Shown here in pieces: positions 11,948-24,101 of a stretch of 64,000 nucleotides of DNA (positions are counted from its first letter, which is position 1; each line of letters opens with the position of its first letter). The stretch is taken from contig NC_043019.1 of NCBI RefSeq assembly GCF_006345805.1, positions 2,294,001 through 2,358,000 of the forward strand, read 5' to 3'. A model generated the notes under the pieces. It saw nothing but the letters and a program-made list of their open reading frames with translations, made no database searches and was not told the origin of the DNA. The stretch comes from Octopus sinensis (Eukaryota). The translations under genes and the position numbers were made by a program.

Positions 11948-12637
11948 TAGGGTGAAATTAATTAATTTGGAATAATCATTAATTTCACCAAGTAGATTTC
12001 GGCATGTAAAAGCCTCATTCGAGGAAAGTTTAAGTAATACTAAGTAATTAAGGGTTTAGCAACGATTTGCCTCACCACACACCGAATTTAGAAATAGCAG
12101 TCAAAGAGTTATAGCTATTCTTTCTACTAAAAGGGAGATCTCAGTAAAACCACAGCACTTGAAAGGCAAACACAGACAGGCAAAAGAGAAAGAAATGACG
12201 GCAATCTATCATACAATTTTAAGTCACCTACGGACGTACGTTTCGAAATTAAGTTTTAGGAAAGCATAAGAATTAGATAATTATGTCTTACCCAACTTCT
12301 TTTCTCATCAGCGTAGGACACTACAATTATGAATAATTGTATATTAAATTTCGAGATACTAGAAGGCATCATCTCAACTCAGTATCAGAGCGAGCTAAAA
12401 CCGTTACCAGTATCACCAAATTCAAAGTGTGAATGAAAGTTTGTGTCACCAACCCCTTCCCACCAGCGTGTAGCCAAGACAAGATGTTGTGGTCATTTAC
12501 TGGGATGAAATATGGTTATCAGTAATAATATTATAGGGTGAAATTAATTAATTTGGAATAATCATTTTAGCAGAAAGAATAGCTATAACTCTTTGACTGC
12601 TATTTCTAAATTCGGTGTGCGGTGAGGCAAATCGTTG

Positions 12638-12640
<3 letters not shown>
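11941..12640 (-). mobile_element. ORF-less ~700-bp element with 40-bp direct repeats, 76-bp inverted repeats and a hammerhead ribozyme (Penelope pLTR/retrozyme-like)
   Basis: Direct repeats 11941-11980 = 12527-12566. Inverted repeats 12057-12132 vs 12565-12640. Hammerhead at 12227-12317. Embedded in (TA)n. Confidence 0.7.
12227..12317 (-). ncRNA. Type I hammerhead ribozyme
   Basis: The minus strand reads CCTACG-CTGATGA-GAAA..AAGTT..AACTT..TTTC-GAAA-CGTACG-TC-CGTAGG. It has an intact CUGAUGA/GAAA core, a perfect 6-bp stem I, a palindromic short stem III and a GUC cleavage triplet. Confidence 0.85.
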
Positions 12641-12708
<68 letters not shown>

Positions 12709-13961
12709 TACATACACACATAGATAGACACACAAATATACATAAATATATATACACACACACGCACTCACGCACGCAGACACATACACACACATACACA
12801 TACACACGCACGCACACACGAACATACACACAGACACAGAGAAAACGTATGAACTATTGTCCGTCTATTCTGATATAAAATAAATAAACAAATATAATAC
12901 GAAGTATCTTTGTCTAAGTCAATTATGACATCATATAACAATTACGTAACAATCTCCGCAATTCATTTAATGAATTGACTTATTGCAGCAAGAAAAACAA
13001 CATTATCACGTATTAATACTTTGTACAACAGGACTCATGTTAATTCCAAGTTTCACAAATATTCGTATTCAGTCGTAAAGTCATAAAATTGTAGATATTC
13101 ATAACATCGTTTCGATTTTGTCTTCGATTTCATTCCAGAGTTTCAGCTTACGGTAAACGTAACTCTTGAATATATCATCGTTTAATTAACTTATTTTTTC
13201 ACAAATACTTTTAAATGTTAAACTACCTAAAAGTGTTGATCAAAGTTTATTCAGTTGGAAGCATTCAGCGGAAACCACAGTGATATTTGGATAGTAAATC
13301 TAACTGATTGATTATTCCCCATTTGGACCATGGACGCCTTTGACGGAATCAATTTTATAAATTCTATTCTTGAGCACGTTTTAATGAAAACATCTGTCTG
13401 TAGATACTCGGACATATATAAATCATATAAATCACCTCAATCAATCAGACTACCATTTACAAAACGAAAAAGTTTTGGTTTCTGTGACTTTTCGTAGGAA
13501 AATATTCTTCTCACAATTCTCTACTCTAAATGTATTATAAATGTTTGTATTTCTATAGTAATTCATTAATTTGTTGATCTTCACAAAATCGTTTCAATTT
13601 TGTCTTCGATTTCATTCCATAGTTTCAGCTTATGGAAAACGTGACTCTTGAACAGACATGATGACAAGCAAAATAATGCTATTTATCATCACTTTAATTA
13701 ACTTATTCTTTCATTAATCTTTTTAACTTTGAAATATTAAACCGCCTAAAAGTGGCGATCAAAGTTTAAGCAACGTTAAATTCTCAAGAGGGTGTTCGAC
13801 AAAATATACGAATTCATGTAGGTTCATTAATAAAAGTTGACGGAACTATAAAGAACCTTTCATCCCCCTTTGAAATTCAATCTCAAGTTCTTCTTGGGTG
13901 ATTCATACTTATCATAAGTGGTAGACAATGACAGTGGAGTTAATGATTTGTAATATATATA

Positions 13962-14136
13962 GGCGTAGGAGTGGCTGGTGTGGTAAGTAGCTTGCATACC
14001 AACCACACGGTTACGGGCTCAGTCCCACTGCATGGCACCTTGGGCAAGTGCCTTCTACTATAGCCTCGGGCCGACCAAAGCCTTATGAGTGGATTTGGTA
14101 GACGGAAACTGAAAGAAGCCCGACGTATATGTATAT

Positions 14137-14214
<78 letters not shown>

Positions 14215-14505
14215 ATTTATATATATTTTATATTTATATTTTATCTAGTTTCAGCTCACGAGCTGTGGCCATGCTGGGACACCGCCCTATGTATATGTTT
14301 GTGTGTCTGTGTTTGTCCATCCCAACATCGCTTGGCGAACGATGCTGGTGTGTTTACATCCCCGTTCGGTAAAAGAGGCTGATAGAATACGTACTAGGCT
14401 TACAAAGAATAAGTCCTGGGGTCGATTTGCTCGACTAAAGGCGGTGCTCCAGCTTGGCCACACTCAAGTGACTGAAACAAGTAAAAGAGAGAGAGTGAAA
14501 GAGAG
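13962..14505 (+). mobile_element. SINE family A, near full length with internal (TA)n
   Basis: GGCGTAGGAGTGGCTGG head, GGCACCTTGGGCAAGTG core and CTCCAGC..GACTGAAACAAGTAAAAGAG tail. Confidence 0.9.
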
Positions 14506-14835
14506 TATGCTGCACATTCCCTGTAATTAATTCACGGGTATTTACCTACCCCGAAAGATTGTGAAAAGTTAAAGTTGACCTCTCCGGGATTTGAAATCCG
14601 GAAGGATGAACCGAAAAAGTATTGAAAATGGTTGAATTTTTATCAATGCTCTGAGGAAACTGCCCACTAAGTAGCATCGAAGAGAAGAAAAAAATAATAT
14701 AAAAAATGCTCTGAAAGTCAAGCTAACTACTATGTCTATATTGCAAGATGTATGTGTGTGCGTGCGTGCGTATATCTGTTATGTGAGTATGTGCCTTTGA
14801 GTTTGTTTGTCCCTCTCTTTATTATTGCTTGATAA

Positions 14836-15239
14836 GGCGGCGAGCTGGCAGAAACGTTAGCACGCTGGGCGAAATGCTTAGCGGTATTTCGTCTGCCGTT
14901 ATGTTCTGGGTTCAAATTCCACCGAGGTCGACTTTGCCTTTCATCCTTTCGGGGTCGATTAAATAAGTACCAGTTACACACTGGGTTCGATATAATCGAC
15001 TTAATCCATTTGTCTGTCCTTGTTTGTCCCCTCTGTGTTTAGCCCCTTGTGGGTAGTAAAGAAATAGGTATTTTGTCTGTCTTTATGTTCTGAGTTCAAA
15101 TTTTGTTTTTCATCCTTTCGGGGTCGATTAAATAAGTACCAGTTACACACTGGGGTCGATATAATCGACTTAATCCGTTTGTCTGTCCTTGTTTGTCCCC
15201 TCTGTGTTTAGCCCCTTGTGGGGTAGTAAAGAAATATAT
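14836..15239 (+). mobile_element. SINE family B multimer with a 15-bp TSD, nested in a family A 3' fragment
   Basis: TSD ATTATTGCTTGATAA at 14821-14835 and 15240-15254. A unit restarts 184 bp downstream (14884 to 15068). Confidence 0.85.
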
Positions 15240-15749
15240 ATTATTGCTTGATAACCGTTGTTGTTTTGTTTACGTCCACCGTAACTTGGTGACTCGGCAA
15301 AGATATCCGATAGAACAAATATTAGACTTAAAAACTACTGGAGTCGATTTGTTCGACTAAACGCTTCCAGGCGGTGCCCCAGCATGACCGCAGTATAATG
15401 ACTGAAATAAGTAAAAGATAAAAGAATAGGATATACATCTCCCATAATAAAAAAAGAAGTTAAAAAATAAGAAATTGATATCTTGAGCTTTTACTCTGGT
15501 TTTCAACATTGCTAACGTATAGACAGAGATCTCGGGTAACAGGAAGAACTTCTGAAAGAAAGAAATTTCATTGGCAAAGATTTGACTCGGAAATTCAATC
15601 TTTGAACATTTTGAGTTTATGGTTTGAACTTAATATTACATCCACCCAAGATGCAGTTATAAATATAGCAAAAAAAAAATCATCATACGTTTGAATATAC
15701 ACACAAGCACTCATATACACTAATATACATATACATACATATATTATTT

Positions 15750-15750
15750 A

Positions 15751-15790
<40 letters not shown>

Positions 15791-16170
15791 TATATATATA
15801 TATATGTATGTATGTGTGCGTGTATGTATGTTTTATGTATGTATGTGTGTATGTATGTATGTATGTATGTACGTATGTACGTATGTATGTATGTATGTAT
15901 GTGTGTATGTATGTATGTATATTTATATGTATGTGTGTGTATGTATGTGTGTGTATGTATGTATGTATGTATGTATGTACGTATGTATGTATGTATGTGT
16001 GTATGTATGTATGTATGTGTGTATGTATGTATGTGTGTATGTATGTATGTATGTGTGTATGTATGTATGTGTGTATGTATGTGTGTATGTATGTATGTAT
16101 GTATGTATGTATGTATGTATGTATGTATGTATGTGTGTATGTAAGCACGCATGTATGTATGCATGTGTGT
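15750..16170. repeat. (TA)n/(TGTA)n compound microsatellite
   Basis: Explains six overlapping low-complexity ORFs. Confidence 0.95.
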
Positions 16171-16204
16171 GGGCACATATGAGTATGAAAATGTTAATAT
16201 ACAT

Positions 16205-17045
16205 AGATGAAAAGTTCATAGGTTGACCAAGATACTCTCACGAAATGCAACTAAATGAGGTTTAGTTTTCAACATAAGCTCCTTCGCAGTCCACACACTT
16301 CTCCCATCGGTACTGCGCTGCTTCGATTCCATTGGCGAAGAAGCTTTCATCCTGTTCGTCAGAAACCTCATTTAAAGAAGATATGAGGTCATCATCACTG
16401 CGAAACTGATTCCCAGTCCAGTGTTTGTATCCATGTAGGGGAAAAGATGTTAGTCAGATGGGAGCAGATCAAAAGGACAGGGAGGATGATCAACCATCTC
16501 AACCACGTACAGCAGTCATTGAAACCAACGACTCGTGGTGCTGGAGCAAGACTCCTTTCTCCAGCTCTTGTTTGGTCTCGATAGACTTTCGTGACTGCCT
16601 CAGCAAGTTGGTATAGAAGACTCCTGCGAGCACACCGGGCGAAATGCTTAGCGGTATTTCGTCTGCGTTACGTTCTGAGTTCAAATTCCGCCGAGGTCGA
16701 CTTTGCCTGTCATCCTTTTGGGGTCGATAAATTAAGTACCAGTTACGCACTGGGGTCGATGTAATCGACTTAATACCTATGTCTGTCCTTATTTGTCCCC
16801 TCTGTGTTTAGCCCCTTGTGGGTAATAAAGAAATAGGTATAGTACACTCCTTTGATAGTGTGGCCCTTTTGAAGGTAATCAATAAACTCAGAGCATTTTA
16901 CTTCCCCAAAAGCTGAAGCCATCACCTCCTCTGCAGATAAAACCACCTTGGCCTTCTTTGGACCAGGTGAGGAAGGATGTTTCTGCTGCACAGATTGTTT
17001 CTTTGTTTCTGGTTCAAAGTGATGAACCCATAACTCATCCAGATT
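16205..17045 (-). pseudogene. Mariner (Tc1/mariner, DD34D-type) transposase remnant, interrupted by SINE B at ~16630-16838
   Basis: Reads DELWVHHFEPETKKQS...KKAKVVLSA..IDYLQKGHTIKGVY|YTNLLRQ...QFRSDDDLI..DESFFANGIEA..RWEKCVDCEGAYVEN*. The SINE insertion duplicates ~16 bp (GGTATAGAAGACTCCT vs GGTATAGTACACTCCT). Confidence 0.85.
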
Positions 17046-17218
17046 AGGAAACTAATCATCCAGATTAGTAGTTCGGCAAAAAAAGACCGATAGAATAAGT
17101 ACTAGGTTTACAAAGAACATGTCCTGGTGTCGATCTGTTCGACTAAAGGTGGTGCTCCAGCATGGCCACAGTCAAATGGCTGAAGCAAGTAAAAGAATAA
17201 AAGAATATATATATCACA

Positions 17219-17296
<78 letters not shown>

Positions 17297-17376
17297 ATAC
17301 ACACACACGTATACAAATATATGAATATATACGCACACACATATATATATACATATTAATACACACACACACACGC

Positions 17377-17449
<73 letters not shown>

Positions 17450-18485
17450 TGCTTGTATGCGTATGCAGACTGTATAGCTAAGTTCTATCAGATTATACAT
17501 AAGCCACTTCTTTGTATTCTTATCTGTACTAAGTTATTCTCGGCTAATATCCGATATTTCTTTCCAGTTTCGGGTGTGACTATTTACTTCCTCACGTTTA
17601 CTGACCAACATAATCTTCGTTCGTCATAATGGACAATTATTCCATCCCAGATGATACGCACAGCCTTAAGTCGTTGCTCGATCTCTTTGAAATAACACCT
17701 AAATTATTCAACAACTTAATAATGTCTTTAACCCTCAAACATTCAGATTATTGTCAAATGTAATGCTTATTTATTCATATTGTTTTGAATGCATTATCTT
17801 GTCGCTTCAAGATTTCAAAAATGTTATTGTTTGTTTTTAAAATGGCATTGTATGGTGGGTGTTAGAGTTTGGGTGTGGTTAGTTTCAACATCGAATGGGT
17901 AGAGTATCTTGGCTGGATACAACCGGTTTAAATGCTGAAGGGTCAACAATAGAAGAATACGTGGATAGTGCCCTCCTAGATACGCAATAATTATACAGAG
18001 AATAATATTGGGTGGTCACGGTCGGAATGCTTTGTTTCAATAGTCTGCTACTCATAAGAAATGAACAACAACTACTAGGAAAATTTTCCTTCCCACCCTT
18101 ACTCTTTCTCTCTCCTCCCTGACCCCCCTCTCTAATTAGACCAGAACATGTCGGAAGATTAGTATCTGAGCTAATACTCTCTTATCCACAAGGCATTCAA
18201 ATGTCTATTGAAATGTTTGATAGCATGTATGAAAACTTCTCCACCTGACCAAAACTGCTGAATTTCGCACGAATCACGTCTTTCGGTAATTATATATAAA
18301 ACCTACTGTGTATATCGTATAAATATGCAACAATTAATGCTCAGAATAATTAACAGGTAGTTGTTCATTTGATAACAAGTTAATGAAGACTTACATGTAG
18401 CACACTTTAAAACAAAAATAAATATGTATTGTAATTTAAATTATATATTCTATATACAGAATATATATATAGTCAAAAACCTTCA

Positions 18486-18533
<48 letters not shown>

Positions 18534-18591
18534 ATATATATATATATATATATATATGCATATAATATATATATATATATATATATGTATA

Positions 18592-18635
<44 letters not shown>

Positions 18636-19346
18636 AGAAGAAATGAGGTACTCAGAAATTCGGATGGTTTTATATTTACAGATATTTATTTGTATATTAC
18701 ATGTTTTTATACATTATATAACTTAGATCATATATTAGCGCTTTCTCCCATTCTAGTGGGGTTTTCAAATCGAACTAAGTTCCTGTGAAAAAGTTTTGAC
18801 TATTTTATAGTGTTATTGAGTGTGTAGTGGTGGGGAGGGGCATAAGACAGTACAAGAGGGTGATGAGTGGGGAAATGTGAGAGAGAGAGAGAGAGAGAGC
18901 ATGTGTGTGTGTGTGTGTGTTTGTATTTGGAAGATGTGTTAAAAGAAAGGAGGGGAAGGGAGAAAAGGCATAGAGAGAAGAAGAAAAAATTGTTTTGTTG
19001 GTTAGTTAGTCAGGATGTTTACTCCAAGGGGGATCTAAGATCTTGGGGAAAAGAATTTAAGTTTTGACCATTTTATAGTGTTACTGAGTGTGTAGTGGAG
19101 TGTGTAGTGTATATATATATATATATATATATATACATCTTCACATATATATTTTCTTATATAACAAAGCACTGGCCTGCCAAACCTTCTTAATTCTTCA
19201 TTCTTCATTATTTACTACTAACCCTCTCTCTGCCCAATCACTTAGACTCTATCATTGCACATTTGTCACTCCTTTACCTTTTGTCACTCCTTTACATTTG
19301 TCACTCCTTTACCTTTTATTACCCCACCCCATTCCTTCTATCGTCT

Positions 19347-22300
19347 ATGAGGAGGGTGATTTGGACACCCAGCAGGACTAAAAACAAAACCTGTCAAAGG
19401 GCAGGAACTCTCTCATGAGTCAATGGCCATCCAAAATCCGGAGTGGAGCCCCTAAGGCGGTTGGATTGCGCCATGCGTGCCACCTTCCGGCAGTCCTGCA
19501 TCTTGGTCTACCCCCAGTCGTCTTGACTTTGTCTTGCCACTGGATCCGGCGCACCAGGACGAGAGAGTGAGGCTGATCCTGCGCAAGTCACCCTCACTAT
19601 AATCCAAGTCACGCGCATGTCACGACATCATGACGCCATGACACCATCCCAAAGTCCTGTGGCGATGGGGAAACGGCGAAGTAGCAGGTGAGGATACACT
19701 GGGAGCTGCAGTCGTGAACCCACACACAGGCGGCTCAGGACATGTGGTCGCCCCTCACTGACTGAGGCAGCAGTGGAGTCCGGCAGCCTCCTGAGTGACC
19801 GAGGCAGCCTCTTCAGGATCGCTCTGCTCGCCTCCCCAGCATGAGGACGGGGCTAGAAAAGGTTGCCCTAAACATAGCCTGCCTCACCTCACCCTGGTCA
19901 GCAAACCGCGGCTGGCGGGGATCCTTTCCAAGCGGTCGAAACAAAGAAAGAAGAAAACAAAAAAGGTGCTCACTTTCGCAACTTGGAACGTGAGAACTCT
20001 GCTTGACAACACCAAAGCGGACAGACCAGAGAGACGAACTGCCCTGGTGGCCAGAGAACTGAGCCGATACAGTGTCGATATTGCAGCACTGAGCGAGACC
20101 CGCCTTGCGGACAAAGGCCAGCTGACAGAGACAGGCGGCGGCTACACTTTCTTTTGGAGTGGTCGCAGCAGCGAAGAGCGTCGTGAGGCTGGTGTTGGTT
20201 TTGCCATTAAGTCAGTACACGTGCGGAAACTGGAAAGCCCCCCCGAGGGTATCAACGATCGGCTGATGAAGATGCAGCTCCCCTTGGAAACAAGACTAGT
20301 GCGACCATCATCAGTGCTTACGCCCCCACCATGACCAACCCTGAAGAGTTAAGGACAGGTTCTATGAGGAACTCGACTCCCTCATCACGTCAGCCCAGCC
20401 TGGGAAGCTCATCCTCCTTGGGGATTTTAACGCCCGTGTCGGGACTGACCACCAAGCCTGGCATCGCGTACTGGGAAAGCAAGGAATCGGAAAGTGCAAC
20501 AGCAACGGACAGCTCCTCCTGCGTGCGTGTGCCTCTCATGATCTTACCATCGCCAACACCTTGTTCCGTCTGCCAACACGCAACAAGACATCATGGATGC
20601 ATCCACGCTCCAAACACTGGCATCTGATAGATTACGTATCGTCATGGGCGAAAGACAGGCGGGACGTGAGACTGGTCAAAGCTATGTGCGGAGCTGACTG
20701 CTGGACGGACCATCGCCTCATCATCTCCAGGATGGATTTCTACATCCGACCTAAGAGAAGACCACAGGGTCAGAAAGTGACGAGGAAGCTTAACATCACG
20801 AAATTAAGGAACCAGCTGACTGCACAAGATCTCCAGTCACGTATGGACAGTAAGCTGTTGGACATTCGGAGTGACCAGTCCAGCATCGATGAGCAGTGGG
20901 AATCATTCAGGGACACGGTTCATTCCATCGCCCTTGAATCTGGGCCAAATACGAGGAACCACCAGGACTGGTTCGACGAAAACGACCAGGAAATCCAAAA
21001 GCTCCTGGAAGAGAAACGCCGTCTGCTGCTGGGCTCACCAAAATGACACCACCTGCACGGCAAAGAAGGCCGCTTTCAACAACATTCGCAGCACAGTCCA
21101 GGCTAAACTCCGCCTCATGCAAGATGCATGGTTAAGCGCCAAGGCGGATGAGATTCAGGGATACGCAGACAAACACGACACCAAGAAATTCTACGAGGCG
21201 CTGAAAGCTGTCTATGGACCGCAGTTCTCCTTTGGATCAACCCCCCTGCTCAGCTCAGATGGAACCTCACTCCTGACTAACAAGAGGCTGATCCTGGAGA
21301 GATGGGCGGAGCACTTCAACATTGTGCTCAACCGACCAGCCCAGATCAACGAGGAAGCCATCGCACGACTCCCCCAGGTGCCGACAAACCACGAGTTGGC
21401 TGTTCCCCCTGCAGTCGGGGAAGTGAGCAGAGCCATCAAAAAAATGTCCACCGGCAAAGCTCCAGGCTCTGACGCCATCCCTGCAGAGGTGTTCAAGTCG
21501 GGAGGCCCCACCATGATCAGTCAGCTCACCAGCCTGTTCCAGTCGATGTGGGACAGGGAACAACTCCCCAAGATTTCCGGGATGCAACAATCGTCCACAT
21601 TTATAAGCGGAAAGGAGATCGGCAGTCCTGCGACAACCACCGAGGTATTTCCCTCTTGTCCATAGCAGGCAAGATCCTGGCCCGGGTCCTGCTTGACCGC
21701 CTTCTGGAACACTTGGAGCAAGGCCTTCTCCCTGAGAGCCAGTGTGGCTTCCGTGCGGGTCGAGGGACCATGACATGATATTCGCCGCCCGCCAGCTCCA
21801 GGAGAAATGCATGGAGGCCACCTTGACCTCTGCATGACCTTTGTTGACCTCACCAAGGCCTTTGATACAGTCAGTCGGGAGGGACTATGGAAGGTCATGG
21901 GAAAATTTGGTTGCCCCAGCAAATTTATTGCAATTGTCCGCCAGTTCCACGACGGAATGACAGCCAGAATCCTTGAGGACGGCGACTCATCTGAAGCCTT
22001 CCAGGTGACCAACGGAGTCAGGCAGGGCTGTGTCCTGGCCCCAACACTGTTCACATCATGTTCTCGGCAATGATGTCCGACGCCTTTAGGGACTGCAAGT
22101 CCGGTATCAACATCAAGTACAGGACAGACGGGAAACTTTTCAACTCCAGGAGATTGCAGGCTGTCACAAAGGTGAGGGAGACAGTCGTCAGAGACTTTCT
22201 CTTTGCTGACGACTGCGCCCTTAATGCAATCGATGAGCAGGAGATGCAGCTCGAGATGGACAGGTTCTCATCAGCCTGTGACAACTTCGGTCTCACCATC

Positions 22301-23206
22301 AGTGCAAAGAAAACCGAAGTGATGTTTCAGCAGCCAGCCCCCGCAAACAATACCATGAGCCTCAGATAAGGGTGAACGGACGGATCTTACGAGTGGTGGA
22401 AAACTTCACCTACCTGGGCAGCACTCTCTCCTGCAATGCCAACATAGATGCTGAAACCATCAACAGAATCTCCAAGGCAAGCAGCGCGTTTGGGAGACTG
22501 CGAGAGAAAGTCTGGGAGCGGAGAGGAATCAGCCTCAACACCAAGCTGAAAGTCTACCGGGCAGTCGTGCTTACCACTCTACTATACGGCTGCGAGACGT
22601 GGACTGCTTACCGAAGGCACGAGCGCCAGATAAACCACTTCCATCTCAGGTGTCTTCGGAATCTCCTTCACATCCGCTGGCAGGACAAAGTCCCAGACAC
22701 GGAAGTTTGAAGCAGGCAGATCTCCCTAGCACCATCACAATCATGCGCAAGGACCAGCTGAGATGGGCGGGCCATGTCTCCCGCATGTCCGACACTCGCA
22801 TCCCAAAACAGCTCTTCTACGGTGAACTCGGCCAGGGCAGCGCAAAGTCGGAGGGCAGAAAAAGCGCTACAAGGATAGTCTCAAGGTCTCTCTCAAAGAC
22901 TCTCCATCGGAACAGAGACCTGGAGACACTTGCTGCCAACCGCTCATCCTGGCGCAGCGCAATCACCGTGGGAGCAGGACAGCCGAGGAGGGACGGATTC
23001 GGTCAGCGGAGCAGAAACGTCAGATGCGTAAAGTCAGAGCCGCCTGCACCAGTAGCACTGCCCCTACCCACTTCTGCCCCACCTGTGGGAGGGGCTTCCT
23101 TGCCCGGATTGGCCTCACCAGCCACCTCCGGTCTCATGGCGGCAGTTCCATCAGATGATGTCAGTTGGTCATCTTCGAACCGAAGGACGAACATTATTAT
23201 TATTAT
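19347..23206 (+). mobile_element. Full-length RTE/BovB-like LINE (APE endonuclease + RT), frameshifted in this sequence
   Basis: APE: ATWNVRTLLD..RPERRTALVARELSRY..DIAALSETRL. RT: GKAPGSDAIPAE, DNHRGISLLS, FVDLTKAFDTVSR, GVRQGCVLAP, FLFADDCAL, LLYGCETW. Has a (TTA)n tail and a perfect TSD TATCGTCT at 19339-19346 and 23207-23214. Confidence 0.95.
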
Positions 23207-23789
23207 TATCGTCTTACACTCTAATACTTTTTTCTCTCTATCACCCTTTATCTCCCCACTCCTACTTTCAAATTATCTCCACTGACCACTAACTGGTACA
23301 TTTTCCCTTATCTATACCTTTGTTTTTCTTTTTTCTTTTTTCTTTCTTTCCTTTATTCCCCTCTTCCTGTTTTTATTTTCTTATTATATCATTTTGTTAT
23401 TTTATTATTTTATTATATTTCTTCTTACTTTCTTCTCCTTATTCTCTCTTTCTTCTCTTTATTTCTCTTCTTTTTCTCTTTCTTCATTCCTCTCTTCCTG
23501 TTTTCGATTTGACCCTACTAATACACTCCTATCTTTAGGTCACTTTAAATAAAACCCTTGATTCAATAACACTGTATATAAGCTATATACTTGGAATGAC
23601 CAATTATAAATACTATTGGATTTTACCCATAAGGTATTGAAATATTATATGTATACCATTCTGCCTAAAAAATGGATCTACAAATGCAATATCCCTACAT
23701 ATCTCACATCTATTTTCTTTTATTTCCTCCACCTCACTCTATTTTATATCTTATCTAAATTAACTATTTCTTAACCGTCCTCTCACACC

Positions 23790-23837
23790 GTCTCCGATGA
23801 AAGGATATAATAAATATCCTGGAAATACCTGTAAGAC
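23790..23837 (+). ncRNA. Degenerate minimal type I hammerhead in pLTR-like AT-rich DNA
   Basis: GTCT-CCGATGA-A-AGGATA(TAATAAA)TATCCT-G-GAAA-TACCT-GTA-AGAC. Stems I and II are intact, the core has U4>C, and stem III is degraded. Confidence 0.5.
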
Positions 23838-24030
23838 ATATATAAATGTTCTAAAATCTATACAGCCTTGGTGTTTCAACTCATTACGAAAAAAAATTAT
23901 ATACACACACACGCTGACATATGACCAACGTTGAACCCCTTATTCGCATAATCACCGAACCTGGAACTTAACTACGATCCATCTATAGCACTTATTCAGC
24001 ATTACCTGACAACTTTGGTACTCGTAACCC

Positions 24031-24101
<71 letters not shown>

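Noticed and set aside
11985-12030. Minus-strand CGAATGA-GGC..GCC-GAAA as a second hammerhead in the element
   Set aside because: The core is corrupted and stems I and III cannot be formed.
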